Assembly (NCBI GenBank): GCA_951406725.2
Contig: OX597819.1
Span: forward strand, 12,338,001 to 12,402,000
From: Octopus vulgaris
Lineage: Eukaryota
DNA length: 64,000 bases
Reading direction: 5' to 3'
The translations under genes were made by a program, and so were the position numbers. The first letter of the stretch is position 1, and every line of letters begins with the position of its first letter. The notes beneath the pieces are model-generated. The model made no database searches, was not told the origin of the DNA, and saw nothing but the letters and a program-made list of their open reading frames with translations. Shown piece by piece: positions 38,441 to 49,805 of this stretch.

Positions 38441-39874
38441 TCAGTCCAGTTCGAACAAGATGTTGTTACTGAACTGAAATGGACAGTAAGTTTGATGCTC
38501 ATTTTTCTGTAAACTAGACATTGGTGTGCTTTCCCAACTAAGCATTGAATCCACTTTGTAAATATCTGAAGAATTAACTGTACAACTCTCTTTGCTCTTG
38601 CTGTCGGAATTGTCCTTCAGATTGGAAGTATCTATACAGTGGCCGTTTTCTTTGGAAGAATTTTTATCTGCGACATTTTCATCGACTTCAACAACTTTAC
38701 CGTTGATTTTTAAATCTTTACATTTATCCCCATCAGAGTTCCCTTTTGATATCGTCTTATCAAAATCGAACTTATCTCCCTCACCCTCACTTCTAACCGT
38801 TGTTGGCGCCGTTACATCGACCTCTGTCTCTTCGGTGAAACTGGAAGAAGACAAGGCTGTATCTAAGCTTTGTCCATTTGAAGTGTGGTGCTCTGAAGTA
38901 TTATTATTATTGGGGTCGTTAGTAATGGAAAGAGCAGCCATTTGTGTCAGTGTTTGGTCAACTTGTGCTGTGGCTACTTCATTAGAGTCAACATCAGGAG
39001 ATTCTGAGACTTCAGGGTCATCAAGTTCTGGCAGAAGGGTATTACTTACAGCTGCTGTCATTAAATTATCCAAACGACTTTTCTCTGTTTCCGTAAGTTT
39101 GCTGTTATTGCAGCTACTGCTAGTTTCCATAACCTCGAGTGAGGCACAGTTTTTCGATCTCTTGCTACCGTTTCGTTTCGATTTGGAGGCTGGATTTTTA
39201 CGGGAGCGGAAGTTGTAGTTATTGTTCTCAGACTGAGAGGAAGGCTCAGTTTGTGAAGGGTCAGGCATAGGTTGGCCATTCTGATCATAACCAGAGTCTG
39301 TATCATGATCAGAGGCCTCAGTGTTACTCGTTTCATCTGTTTCATCCACAGTGCTACTGCTGGCGCCACCTTCCTGTTTGTTTCCACTTCGGGCAAATGA
39401 AGTGGATTTCTTTTTATTATTTTTGCCTTCATGTGTTTTGGACTGAGATTTACTGCCGTGTTCCCCTGTACCTTTCTTCTTAGTCTCTTCTCCTTCACTG
39501 CTCTCCGCACTACTTTGTCGTCGTCGGCGCCGACCATTCTTTCTGCGTTCTTCACGCTGTCGGTTTCGTTTTCGTTTACTCTTCAACATACTACGCATAC
39601 TGGAGACCGTGGAATTGGTTTTGAACATAGCTTGGTCGATACGTTCGTTAAATGAAACCGATTTCTTGACAGTCGTAAAGGGACTGTCCACTGAGGAAGT
39701 ATCGGGGGACGCAGACAACGTAACGTTTTCATCACTAGATTCAGACATAGTCTTCGAGTACTGTTTCAGAATTCCTTGTAAATGTGGAAGCCTTTTATGA
39801 TGTACAACTTCTATACTCGGATATGTCGATGGCTCGGTGTCTGTTGTGTCAGACTCAGAAACTGTACGACCCAC
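38441..39874 (-). CDS. DNAAF2: Kintoun / dynein axonemal assembly factor 2, terminal exon
   Basis: TTTCAG acceptor in phase 0. The C-terminus HQTYCPFQFSNNILFELD* resembles the kintoun F-x-F-x-N-x-L-L-Y/F-D/E-L-D end. The GILK...SESS...KKSVSF...KRKR block resembles invertebrate kintoun. Confidence 0.8.
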   Translation of the reverse strand: MGRTVSESDTTDTEPSTYPSIEVVHHKRLPHLQGILKQYSKTMSESSDENVTLSASPDTSSVDSPFTTVKKSVSFNERIDQAMFKTNSTVSSMRSMLKSKRKRNRQREERRKNGRRRRRQSSAESSEGEETKKKGTGEHGSKSQSKTHEGKNNKKKSTSFARSGNKQEGGASSSTVDETDETSNTEASDHDTDSGYDQNGQPMPDPSQTEPSSQSENNNYNFRSRKNPASKSKRNGSKRSKNCASLEVMETSSSCNNSKLTETEKSRLDNLMTAAVSNTLLPELDDPEVSESPDVDSNEVATAQVDQTLTQMAALSITNDPNNNNTSEHHTSNGQSLDTALSSSSFTEETEVDVTAPTTVRSEGEGDKFDFDKTISKGNSDGDKCKDLKINGKVVEVDENVADKNSSKENGHCIDTSNLKDNSDSKSKESCTVNSSDIYKVDSMLSWESTPMSSLQKNEHQTYCPFQFSNNILFELD

Positions 39875-40094
39875 CTGAAACAGAAAAAGAGACAAGTGAA
39901 TATTTATTAGCAAAATACTCTCAAATAGTTTCTTTTATTATCTATAAAATTGCATTATTAGAATGAACAAAGACAACTAAAATGTCACTAGTAAAACTGA
40001 GCCCTATGGACACATAAGAGCCAGTTTCCTGGTTTCCGTGGCATTTATATATTTATCCATTGCTATTATCATGAGGCTTTGCTATTACTCATGG

Positions 40095-40835
40095 TAGATG
40101 TACGGAAATGAAGATGGTGACCCCAAGACTGGCAAGAAAGTTTGTTTGTGGAAGATGTGAGAAAAGAGCTGGAGGGCTGGTGAAGTCAGTGGAAACACTA
40201 TGTGATGAGGTGGAGACGATGAGTGGGTTTTGATATTTGGGAGACAGGGTGGATGTGAAGCAGCTGTGACAGCAAGAGTGAGTCTTGGCTGGGTGAAGTT
40301 CAGGGAATGTGGAGCATTATTATATGGGAAAAGGTTCTCATTGAAGATGAAAGGAAAGGTCTATAGGAGTTGTGTGAGAGCAGCAGTGCTGTATGAGAGT
40401 GAGACATGGTGTTTGAGGGGGAGAGAGATGGCAATTTTGAGAAGGACTGAGAGAGCAATGGTGAGAGAGATGTGTGGTGTGAGGCTGTTTGATAAGAGGA
40501 GGACTGAGGACTTGATGGGGGATGCTGGGGTTGGAGAAATCGGTGGAACAGCTGGCAAGGGCAAATGGAGTGTGGTGGTATGGGCATGTGTTGAGGAGAG
40601 ATGAGGAGCATGTTCTGAAGAGGGTGCTTGAGTTAAAGGTAAATGGACAGTGAAAACGAGGTAGACTGAGGGAAAAGTGGAGCGGACAGGTGGAAGAGGA
40701 GATTGGGAGGGTTGGGTTGAGAAGGGAGGATGCCCCAAATTGGGCAAGATGGTTAGATGGTGTGAGGATGGTTGCTATGGCACTGAGGTAGATCTCGCCA
40801 CCCCTATTAACGGGGACAAAGCATGGATTTAAAAT
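40095..40835 (+). mobile_element. Degenerate RTE LINE fragment (second family)
   Basis: GKVYRSCVRAAVLYESETW...ERAMVREMCGV with frameshifts. Confidence 0.85.
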
Positions 40836-42433
40836 GATGGGCAATGGATGTGCAGGTGGCACGTAAAATGCACCAATCCGGCCGTGGCCAATGCCAGCCT
40901 CGCCTGGCACCAGTGCAGGTGGCACGTAAAAAGCACCCACTACACTCACGGAGTGGTTGGCGTTAGGAAGGGCATCCAGCTGTAGAAACATTGCCAGATA
41001 AGACCGGAGCCTGGTGCAGCCTTCTGGCTTCCAAGATCCCCGGTCAAACCGTCCAACCCATGCTAGCATGGAGAACGGACGTTAAACGATGATGATGATG
41101 ATGACCCCTGGGACGAGATGCTGGTCCACCAGAGGATTACTTATTTTTGCCAGCTTAGTGGACTGGAGCAATGTGAAATGAAGTGTTTTGCTCAAAATGC
41201 AACATATTGCCTGGTCAAGGAATTGAAACTACAATCTTACGATCATGAGTTTAACATCCTAATCACTAGGCTACATGCCTCCACAAAACCAAAGAAATAC
41301 CAATTCTAAATTCAAGGAAGGAACTTTGACTAAGTTGCTCCTTGCACTCACTTGACTTATTTTGCTAAAGACACTGTCAACCATCTCCTTAACCCTTTTG
41401 TTACTGTATTTATTTTGAGATGCTCTGTGTTTCTTTCAATTACTTTAAATATAACAAAGAATTTAGTAAAATAACTCAGTTACCATTAAGCTAGTGTTAG
41501 GGAGGTTTGTCTAATGTGGGCAAAATACTACAAGGTATTTCTGTTTGGAATGGACTAGTTTTAGGTTCAGTTCCACTGCATGGCACCAAGGGCAAGTGTC
41601 TTCTACAAAAGGCTGGCCAAAATACCAACATATGTACATGTTGGCATTAGGAAGGAAATCCAGCCACAGAAACCATTGCCAAAAGAGACAACTGGAACCT
41701 GGCATAGCCCTCTGGCTTGCCAGATCTGCCAACCCATGTGAGCATGGAGAACAGACATTAAATGGTAACGATGATGATGATATATATTATGTATGCATCA
41801 GTATGTGTGTGTGTGTGTATGTATATGCATGTGTGTGTTAGACTCTCCAGTCTTGACACTGAGTGACTGTTATAAACAAGGAGCATTATCAGACAAGCAG
41901 TGACATTAATTTCTGCAAGAACATGTTTGGCCATGGGGGAACATTACCTTGCTTGGAAACAGACAAGGGTTGGCCATAGAAAATCTGCCTCAACAAATTA
42001 CTGGTCAATGTACAAAGGAGCACTCCGTCGGTTACGACGACAAGGGTCCCAGCTGATACGATCAACGGAACAGCCTGCTCTTGAAATTAACGTGCAAGTG
42101 ACTGAGCAATCCACAGACACGCGTACCCCTAACATGGTTCTCAGGGAGATTCAATGTGACACAAAGTGTGACAAGGCCAGCCCTTTGAAATACAGGCACA
42201 ACTCATTTTTGCCAGCTGAGTGGACTGGAGCAACGTGAAATAAAGTGTCTTGCTCAAGGACATAACGCGTCGCCGGGAATCGAACTCACAATCTTACAAT
42301 CGTGAGCCGAATGCCCTAACCACTAAGCCACGTGCCTTCACAATGTATACAAAACAGAAAATGACAAATGTTTGTCCTCCCTTAATTCTACATATTGTGT
42401 GGAAAGCAGATAATGTCAATAGTTTCTAATTAC

Positions 42434-42592
42434 CTGAATATCGAGTTTGATGTGTTTCTCATTGAGTTCAGACACATTCAGTTGATAATCCATCTCCTGG
42501 AGCTGAGGCATGTTGCAAGCACTGTTGTCTCCACCGCACTCAAGTTCTTCAAGAGATGATTGTAATCGGCTGCTACTTTCAAAACTGTGGTA
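42434..42592 (-). CDS. DNAAF2: Kintoun penultimate exon (YHSFESSSRLQSSLEELE...LNVSELNEKHIKLDIQ)
   Basis: Poly-T TTCCAG acceptor, CAG|GTAATT donor, 159 bp, phase 0/0. It fits the short middle exon of DNAAF2. The PIH1/CS-coding exon was not found, so it presumably lies beyond 64000. Confidence 0.75.
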
Positions 42593-42834
42593 CTGGAAGT
42601 AAAAAAAAAAAAAAAAAAAAATAAGATTTAGCAATCTGAGAGAGACAGAGAGGGAGAGAGAACAAAACTAAATCCATGACTTTTCATAACTATCTAATTA
42701 GATATTATCAATTTTCATGTAGTTTTATTAAACAAAACACACACACACACACACACACACACAACAAATCCTACACAATACAATTCTGTGTTTTCTGAGA
42801 TGAAAAGAAAAGAAAAGAAAAATATTTTGGCATT

Positions 42835-43192
42835 GAAAGCAACACAAATGCCAGAATGGGACGACACTGCATAGTGCCAAAGATCCCAGCAACGCCATCG
42901 CACTTCAGGACCAGCTACTGCAACAGCCTGGGTTTCAGGGGCCCACAGCTTTTTAATATTCTTCCAAAGAGCCTGCACAAAGTAGATGTACGCGTTTTTA
43001 AATCAAAGCTGGACTTCTTCCTGTTGAGAATCCCAGATGAACCTACCTCACGGCAAGAGGTGCAAATGAGGGTAGCTACATCAAACTCCATCCTTCACCA
43101 AGTGCCACATATTGGAGGAGGCTCTCAGTAATAACAGTGTAGCACAAAACGGTGGCGCATCAGCATGGCCGCAGCTCTGAGCTGAAACTACG
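42835..43192 (+). mobile_element. CR1/L2-group LINE 3' fragment
   Basis: GRHCIVPK...NSLGFRGPQLFNILP...FKSKLDFFLLRIPDEP, then a 3' UTR containing CAGCATGGCCGCAG...CTGAAAC. Confidence 0.78.
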
Positions 43193-43738
43193 GCGTAAAA
43201 AAAAAAATCCAGTACACTCTTTAAAGTGGTTGGTATTAGGAAGGGCATCCAGCAGTAGAGACCCAGCCAAAGCAGACATTTGAACTTTATACAGCCCTTT
43301 GGCTCACCAACTCCTGTGAAACTGTCCAACCCATGCCAGCATGGAAAATGGACATAAAATAATGATGATGATGATGATGATGATGATGACACACATTCAG
43401 TTCTACAGCATGATTCCCACATTATATTCTCCAGAAACTCAACGCTATGTCTTTCAGCAGTTACAGCAAACCCACTACTTAAAGTCTAAGTGGAATGTTC
43501 TTAACCTATATGCATCAAAAGTTAAGTATTTTGAGCAGCCACAAGAAAGCAAAACCTCCTTCAGCAGTTTCGGTCGAAAGTTCTGTACACTTGTTACCAG
43601 CGAACACAGACACAGCTATTGGTTACACTACTTCACACTATCTCTGATTAACGGAATAACAAGATAACAGAACTTTTAACCTATTTTTAGCAAAGTATTG
43701 TTATGATTCAAGAAATGGCTGCACTGCCTGCTGTGCAC

Positions 43739-43786
<48 letters not shown>

Positions 43787-45861
43787 ATATATTTATATAC
43801 TTAGAAGAGTGTGTGTGTGTGTGTGTGCACGTGCTTAGACCCACTTAGTGAGAGATCTTTAATTGTCCTTTAATATTGTTCTTTCATCGTAGTTAAGGTC
43901 ATCTCGGCTGGAACACTGCTGTTAACATCTAGACGTGTAATACTAAGATAAGTAAGTAAATATATGATTCACAATGCAGTCACTGTGAAATAAATTACAA
44001 AACAGATGACAGGTCTTCGTTGCAACAACAGCGTTAGCAGTGCACAGATGTTCCCTTAAACATAAACAAATAAAATGATTATGATGATGATGATGATTAA
44101 ATACCTAAAATTGTAACTAATTTGTATGTAAAGCATACCAAAGCAGGCATTGGCGCCCACTGCAGTTGTCCAGCTCAGCCTGTCAAATCATGAGTGTGCA
44201 TATGTGTGTTATGGTGTTTTTAACTTTTCAGCATTTAAACCGGCCATATCTGGCCAAAAGTATTCTGATTGTTTTATGTTCAAACTGGCCAGATCTGGTC
44301 TCTCACACCAACCCTACAATATTGTTTTAAAAATTAACAGCTACCTCATCAAAATCTCATAGCTACAAGGTAATGAATGATTAGTTCAAAACAATGTGGA
44401 TGAAAAAGCATTAGTTTTGGCAGAATAATGTGAACACTAAAGGGTTAAGGAAGAATGTGTGTAGAAGCCTGGTCGAGTGGTTAAATATTTCTGTTTGCAA
44501 TGATAGGATTCCAGGTTCATATCAGTGATTGGCATCTTGGCCCTTTCTCTTTTACCATACCGTTAGGTCAACCCGAGCCTTGTAAGTGAAATTGTGTCAA
44601 TGGAAACCATGTGGAAGCCTGTAAGATGGTCGTTTTTGTCCCGTGGTCATGTCATGATGATCCTGCTTGAGCATTACAATAAAAGACTACATTAAATGTG
44701 AACGGAATATCTAGTAATTAATATTTCAATTAGTAGTGACTTCATATGATGAGATAATTTGAATATTTACTTAAGAATGGGAGAGGATTCAGTTCCTCTT
44801 AATATAAAAATTTGAGATCCTCTGGCCCCTGTGCCGGTGGCACATAAAAAGCATCCACTACACTCTCAGAGTGGTTGGTATTAGGAAGGGCAAATTCCGC
44901 CGAGGTCGACTTTGCCTTTCATCCTTTCGGGGTCGATTAAATAAGTACCAGTTACACACTGGGGTTGATATAATCGACTAACTCCGTTTGTTTGTCCTTG
45001 TTTATCTGCTCTCTGTGTTTAGCCCCTTGTGGGTAGTAAAGAAATGGGTATTAGGAAGGGCATCCAGCTGTAGAAACACTGCCAGATCAGATTGGGGCCT
45101 GGTGCAGCCTCCTGGCTTCCCAGACCAGCATGGAAAACGGATGTTAAACGATGATGATGATGATGATATGATATAATATTATATGACATTTACAGAAAAT
45201 TATCTACAGATATATTGAAACATAAGAAAATGAAGCTAAAGTGCACGTAGTGGCAATTATGTTGAACTTGAAAATCTTAATGCTTTACTCTACATATACA
45301 GAACCACACACGTTTTCATTGAAGTCTTTTGATATGAAGCTGCCTGTGACAGACCCCGGTGCTCTTAAACAAACTCCTGGCTATAAAGTGATTTCAAGTA
45401 AAACCTTCCATCAAAATTCCACGTTCATTTATATTCTACGCACTCTCAATTTAATTTCAAAATTAATTGACACAAAATCTGTGTATTTCAGCAGGAATAT
45501 GGTAATAAAATTGTAAAGTGGGTTTCAAGTAGATACAAAAGCAGAGGAAGTGCGGATGAGGGGAGGGACTTGTGAGGAACCAAACTGAAATCTAAGTGAA
45601 GGAAGCCATTCCAACAGAACAAATGGCATCAAATGTCAGCAGAGATGAAAGAAGCCAGTCTGCACCAATGAACAGACAGTCTCACAGAATTTAACTCTCT
45701 CAATGGATGAACCCTTTAGCATTCAAATTGCTCAAAGCAAATGAGGAGTTTATTTTTAGAGCGACATTGTGGGGTAAGCGTGAGAACCCAGACCTGGTCA
45801 GTTTGGACATAAAACAGATAGAATATTTGGGTTTGGGGGCCAAATATATCTGGTTTAACCC

Positions 45862-46265
45862 TCTCTTTTACATGTTTCAGTCATTTGACTGCGGCCATGC
45901 TGGAGCACCAACTTTTTTTTAATCGAGCAACTCGACACCGGGACTTATTCTTTGTAAGGCCAGTACTTATTCTATCGGTCTCTTTTGCCGAACTGCTAAG
46001 TGACGGGGACGTAAACACACCAGCATTGGTTGTCAAGCAATGCTAGGGGGACAAACACAGACACACAAACATACACACGCATATATATATATACATATAT
46101 ACGACGGGCTTCTTTCAGTTTCCGTCTACCAAATCCACTCACAAGGCTTTGGTCGGCCCGAGGCTATAGTAGAAGACACTTGCCCAAGGTGCCACGCAGT
46201 GGGACTGAACCCAGAACCATGTGGTTGGTAAACAAGCTACTTACCACACCGCCACTCCTGCGCCT
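45862..46265 (-). mobile_element. SINE family 1 copy
   Basis: Full-length reverse match. Confidence 0.88.
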
Positions 46266-46267
46266 AA

Positions 46268-46484
46268 CCCTTAGCATTCAGATTATTATTCTGCTAAATG
46301 TAATGCTTGTTTATTCACATTGTTTTGAATTAATCTGGATTATCTTATAGCTTTGAGATTTCAATGATGTGATTGTCTGTTTTTAGAATGACATTGTAGG
46401 GTAAGTGTAAGAGGCCAGATCCAACCAGTTTGGACATAAAATAGAGTATTTGGGCTGGATATGGCCAATTTAAATGCTAAAGGG
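46268..46484. mobile_element. piggyBac-like MITE (second copy at ~44224-44444 in the opposite orientation)
   Basis: CCCTT(T)AGCATT...AATGCTAAAGGG termini next to TTAA-like sites. Confidence 0.5.
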
Positions 46485-47785
46485 TTAGTGTAGCCAATAA
46501 ACCAGGATAGCTGTATTGGTACCAGACACCTAATGAATTATTAAAAAAGTCAGGGCTGCACTGCTGAAGTAACTATTACTAGAGTAAATTCAACTATAGA
46601 TGGAGTTAGCAATGGTGTTGTTTAACCCAAGGCCAACCCTGGTTAAGCAGACTAAAATTAGAGTTATTGCAAATATGACAGTACCGTGATTTTGTAAATA
46701 TATAAGCACTGGCAGTTAATATATAGGCACAAAAGTTTGGTTCCCAACCACATGGTTCTGGGCAAGTGTCCTCTACTATAGCCTCAGGCCAACCAAAGCC
46801 TTGTGAGAGGATTTGGTAGACAGAAACTGAAAAGAAGCCCATCTTGTATATATCTATGCATGCATATCCCCTATCTCCACTATTTAACAACTGGTGTTGG
46901 CATGTTTATGTCCCTGTTACTTAGCGATTCAGGAATAGAGACTGACAGAATAAGTACCAGGCTTTAAAAAAATGTACTGGGATTGGTTTATTCATCTAAT
47001 AATTCTTCAAGGCTGTGCCCCAGCATGGCCACAGTCTAATGAATGAAAAAAGTAAAAGATAAAAAGATATATATATATATATATATATTCTTTAATGCAT
47101 GGTTTTTTAACAAAAGGATTTGGTGTTATTTATATTGAAGGAGTTTTGGCTGCTCTGTTTAGCAGGTTGAGTAAGGAACCATGTAGAGCCTTCCCTTCTT
47201 GAAGTTAGTAGTGTGAACAACAAGTATGAAGGAGTGAAAGAAAGAATTTTGCTGTTGACTTCTGCTACTCTTGCTTATTCTCCCTCTTTACCATCAGTTG
47301 TCTCTACACACAATTAGGTAAATATCTAAATAACATGTAAAACATATTTAAGAGTTCAGGTCTGGTTCTGTAGTTAAGAGGTCAGCTTTGGAGATGTGGT
47401 TCTGGTTTTGATTCCACTGTGCAGCACCTTGCACAAGCGCTTTTCTTCTGCTTTGGCTTTTGGCTATGGAACTTGGTAAACAGAAACTGCACAGAAGCCT
47501 GTTGAATGATTATCATCATCAGATATTTGTAAGTGTGTATAAAAAATACTAATAATTATTATTTCTGCTATGGGAACAAGGCCTGAAATTTGGGAGGGGG
47601 ACTAGCCGATTACATTGACCCCAGTGTTTCACTGGTACTTAATTCATTGACCCTGAAAGGATGAAAGGCAAAGTCAACCTTGGCGGAATTTGAACTCAGA
47701 ATGTAAAGACAGACACAAAGTCACAAAGCATTTTGCCTGGTATGCTAACAATTCTGCTAGCTTGCTGCCTTAAAAAAAAAAAAAA

Positions 47786-47816
<31 letters not shown>

Positions 47817-49038
47817 TAGGATCAGTCAAGTGGTTATAGTAACACAATTGTTTACTCTTTCGCATAAAGATGGCTTGAATCATCATATCATCATCATCGT
47901 TTAACATCCGTTCTCCATGCTAGCATGGGTTGGACGGTTCGACCGGGGATCTGGGAAGCCAGAATAGAAAATACAATGACTTGATAATACAGTGACTTGA
48001 AAATACAAATGACTTGATAATTAATCGATAAAATTTATTAATCAATGCATCAGATACAGTTTGTCCCATATTGAGATTAGACAGAAAATTCCAATAAGAT
48101 GACAGCTGTTATACAATTCCATTTCAAAATCAACAAACAGTGCTTATATCGTGGCACTCCAGTTGATCTGATCAGTGGAACAGCATGTCTGTGAAATTAA
48201 CATGCACTCCACAGATACGTGTACCCTTGACATACTTCTTGGGGAGATTCAGTGTGACACAGTGTGTGACAAGGCTGGCCCTTTGAAATACAGGTACAAC
48301 AGAAACAGGAAGTAAGAGTGAGAGAAAGTTGTGGTGAAAGAGTACAGCAGGGTTCACCACCACTCCCTGCCGGAGCCTCGTGGAGCTTTAGGTGTTTACG
48401 CTCAATAAATATTCACAATGCCCGGTCTGGGAATCGAAACCGCGATCCTACGACTGCGAGTCCGCTGCCCAAACCACTGGGCCATTGCACCTCAATTGCT
48501 TATAACATGATAATCAAATCTAGAAATAAAAGTGATAGTAGAGGTATTTGAGTAATACAATTGTTTTGCAGCTAACCAGTGTAATCTCTCATCAGGTACA
48601 TATGACTGATTAATTGATTATGGTAGACTGTTTTTAATTAAACAGTTGTCTGTACCTGAAGAAAAAAGTATACCAGACAGCAACAGGACATTTGTAATGC
48701 TTTTGAAGCAGTTGTAACACTTGGGTACCTCTTCCATCTCTTTTTTTTGTTTATATATATATCACGTGACCGACCAGACCATCAGATGTAGTTACACATC
48801 ACTGGTTACAATGCGTTCGCATTGTTTTAGCCTTTGAATGACGCCACCCCGCTGGCTAAGCGAGCAGGCCGACAGAAGAAAGAGTGGTGAAAGAGTACAG
48901 CAGGGATCACCACCCCCTGCCGGAGCCTCGTGGAGCTTTTAGGTGTTTTCACTCAATAAACACTCACAACGCCCGGTCTGGGAATCGATACTGCGACCGC
49001 GAGTCTGCTGCCCTAACCACTAGGCCATTGCGCCTCCA

Positions 49039-49080
<42 letters not shown>

Positions 49081-49759
49081 GAAAGCTTCGAATGACCTGT
49101 CCTTGTTTTTTTTTTGTATCGTCTATCTGGATGTTTTGTTGTCCCTTTTTGTATCACCTAGTTGGTCCGGATGTTTTGCGTTCTTGTCCCATTTTGTATT
49201 TTATATATATATATACACATATATATAGTGGCGTACGTACACTTTGTTCTCTTACATATATATATATATACACACATACATATATAAATGTATTTTTATA
49301 CATATATAATATATACATGCACACACATATATACATATATAATATATATATGCACACACATATATACATATATAGATATATATATGTATATATCTGGTAA
49401 AGTAGCTTGCTTCTCAACCACATGGTTCTGGGTTCAGTCTCACTGCGTGGTAACTTGAGCAAGTGTCTTCTACTATAGTCTTGGGCTGATCAAAGCCTTG
49501 TGAGTGGATTTGGTAGATGGAAACTGAAAGAAGCCCATCGTATATATATATGTGTGTGTGTATCTTTGTCCCTCATCATTGCCTGACAACTGATACTGAT
49601 GTGTTTATGTCCCCGTAACTTAGCGGTTCGGCAAAAGAGACCGATAGAATAAATACTAGGTTTACAAAGAATAAGTCCTGGGGTCGATTTGTTTGACTAA
49701 AGGTGGTACTCCAGCATTGCCACAGTCAAATGACTGAAACAAATAAAAGAATAAAAGAT

Positions 49760-49805
<46 letters not shown>

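Noticed and set aside
38592-39655. 208-aa, 164-aa and 74-aa ORFs overlapping the kintoun exon
   Set aside because: Antisense or alternative-frame shadows of a real low-complexity exon.
46030-46350. Recurrent ORFs 'MSSNARGTNT...' and 'MLGGQTQTHKH...'
   Set aside because: Antisense translations of SINE family 1, not a protein family.
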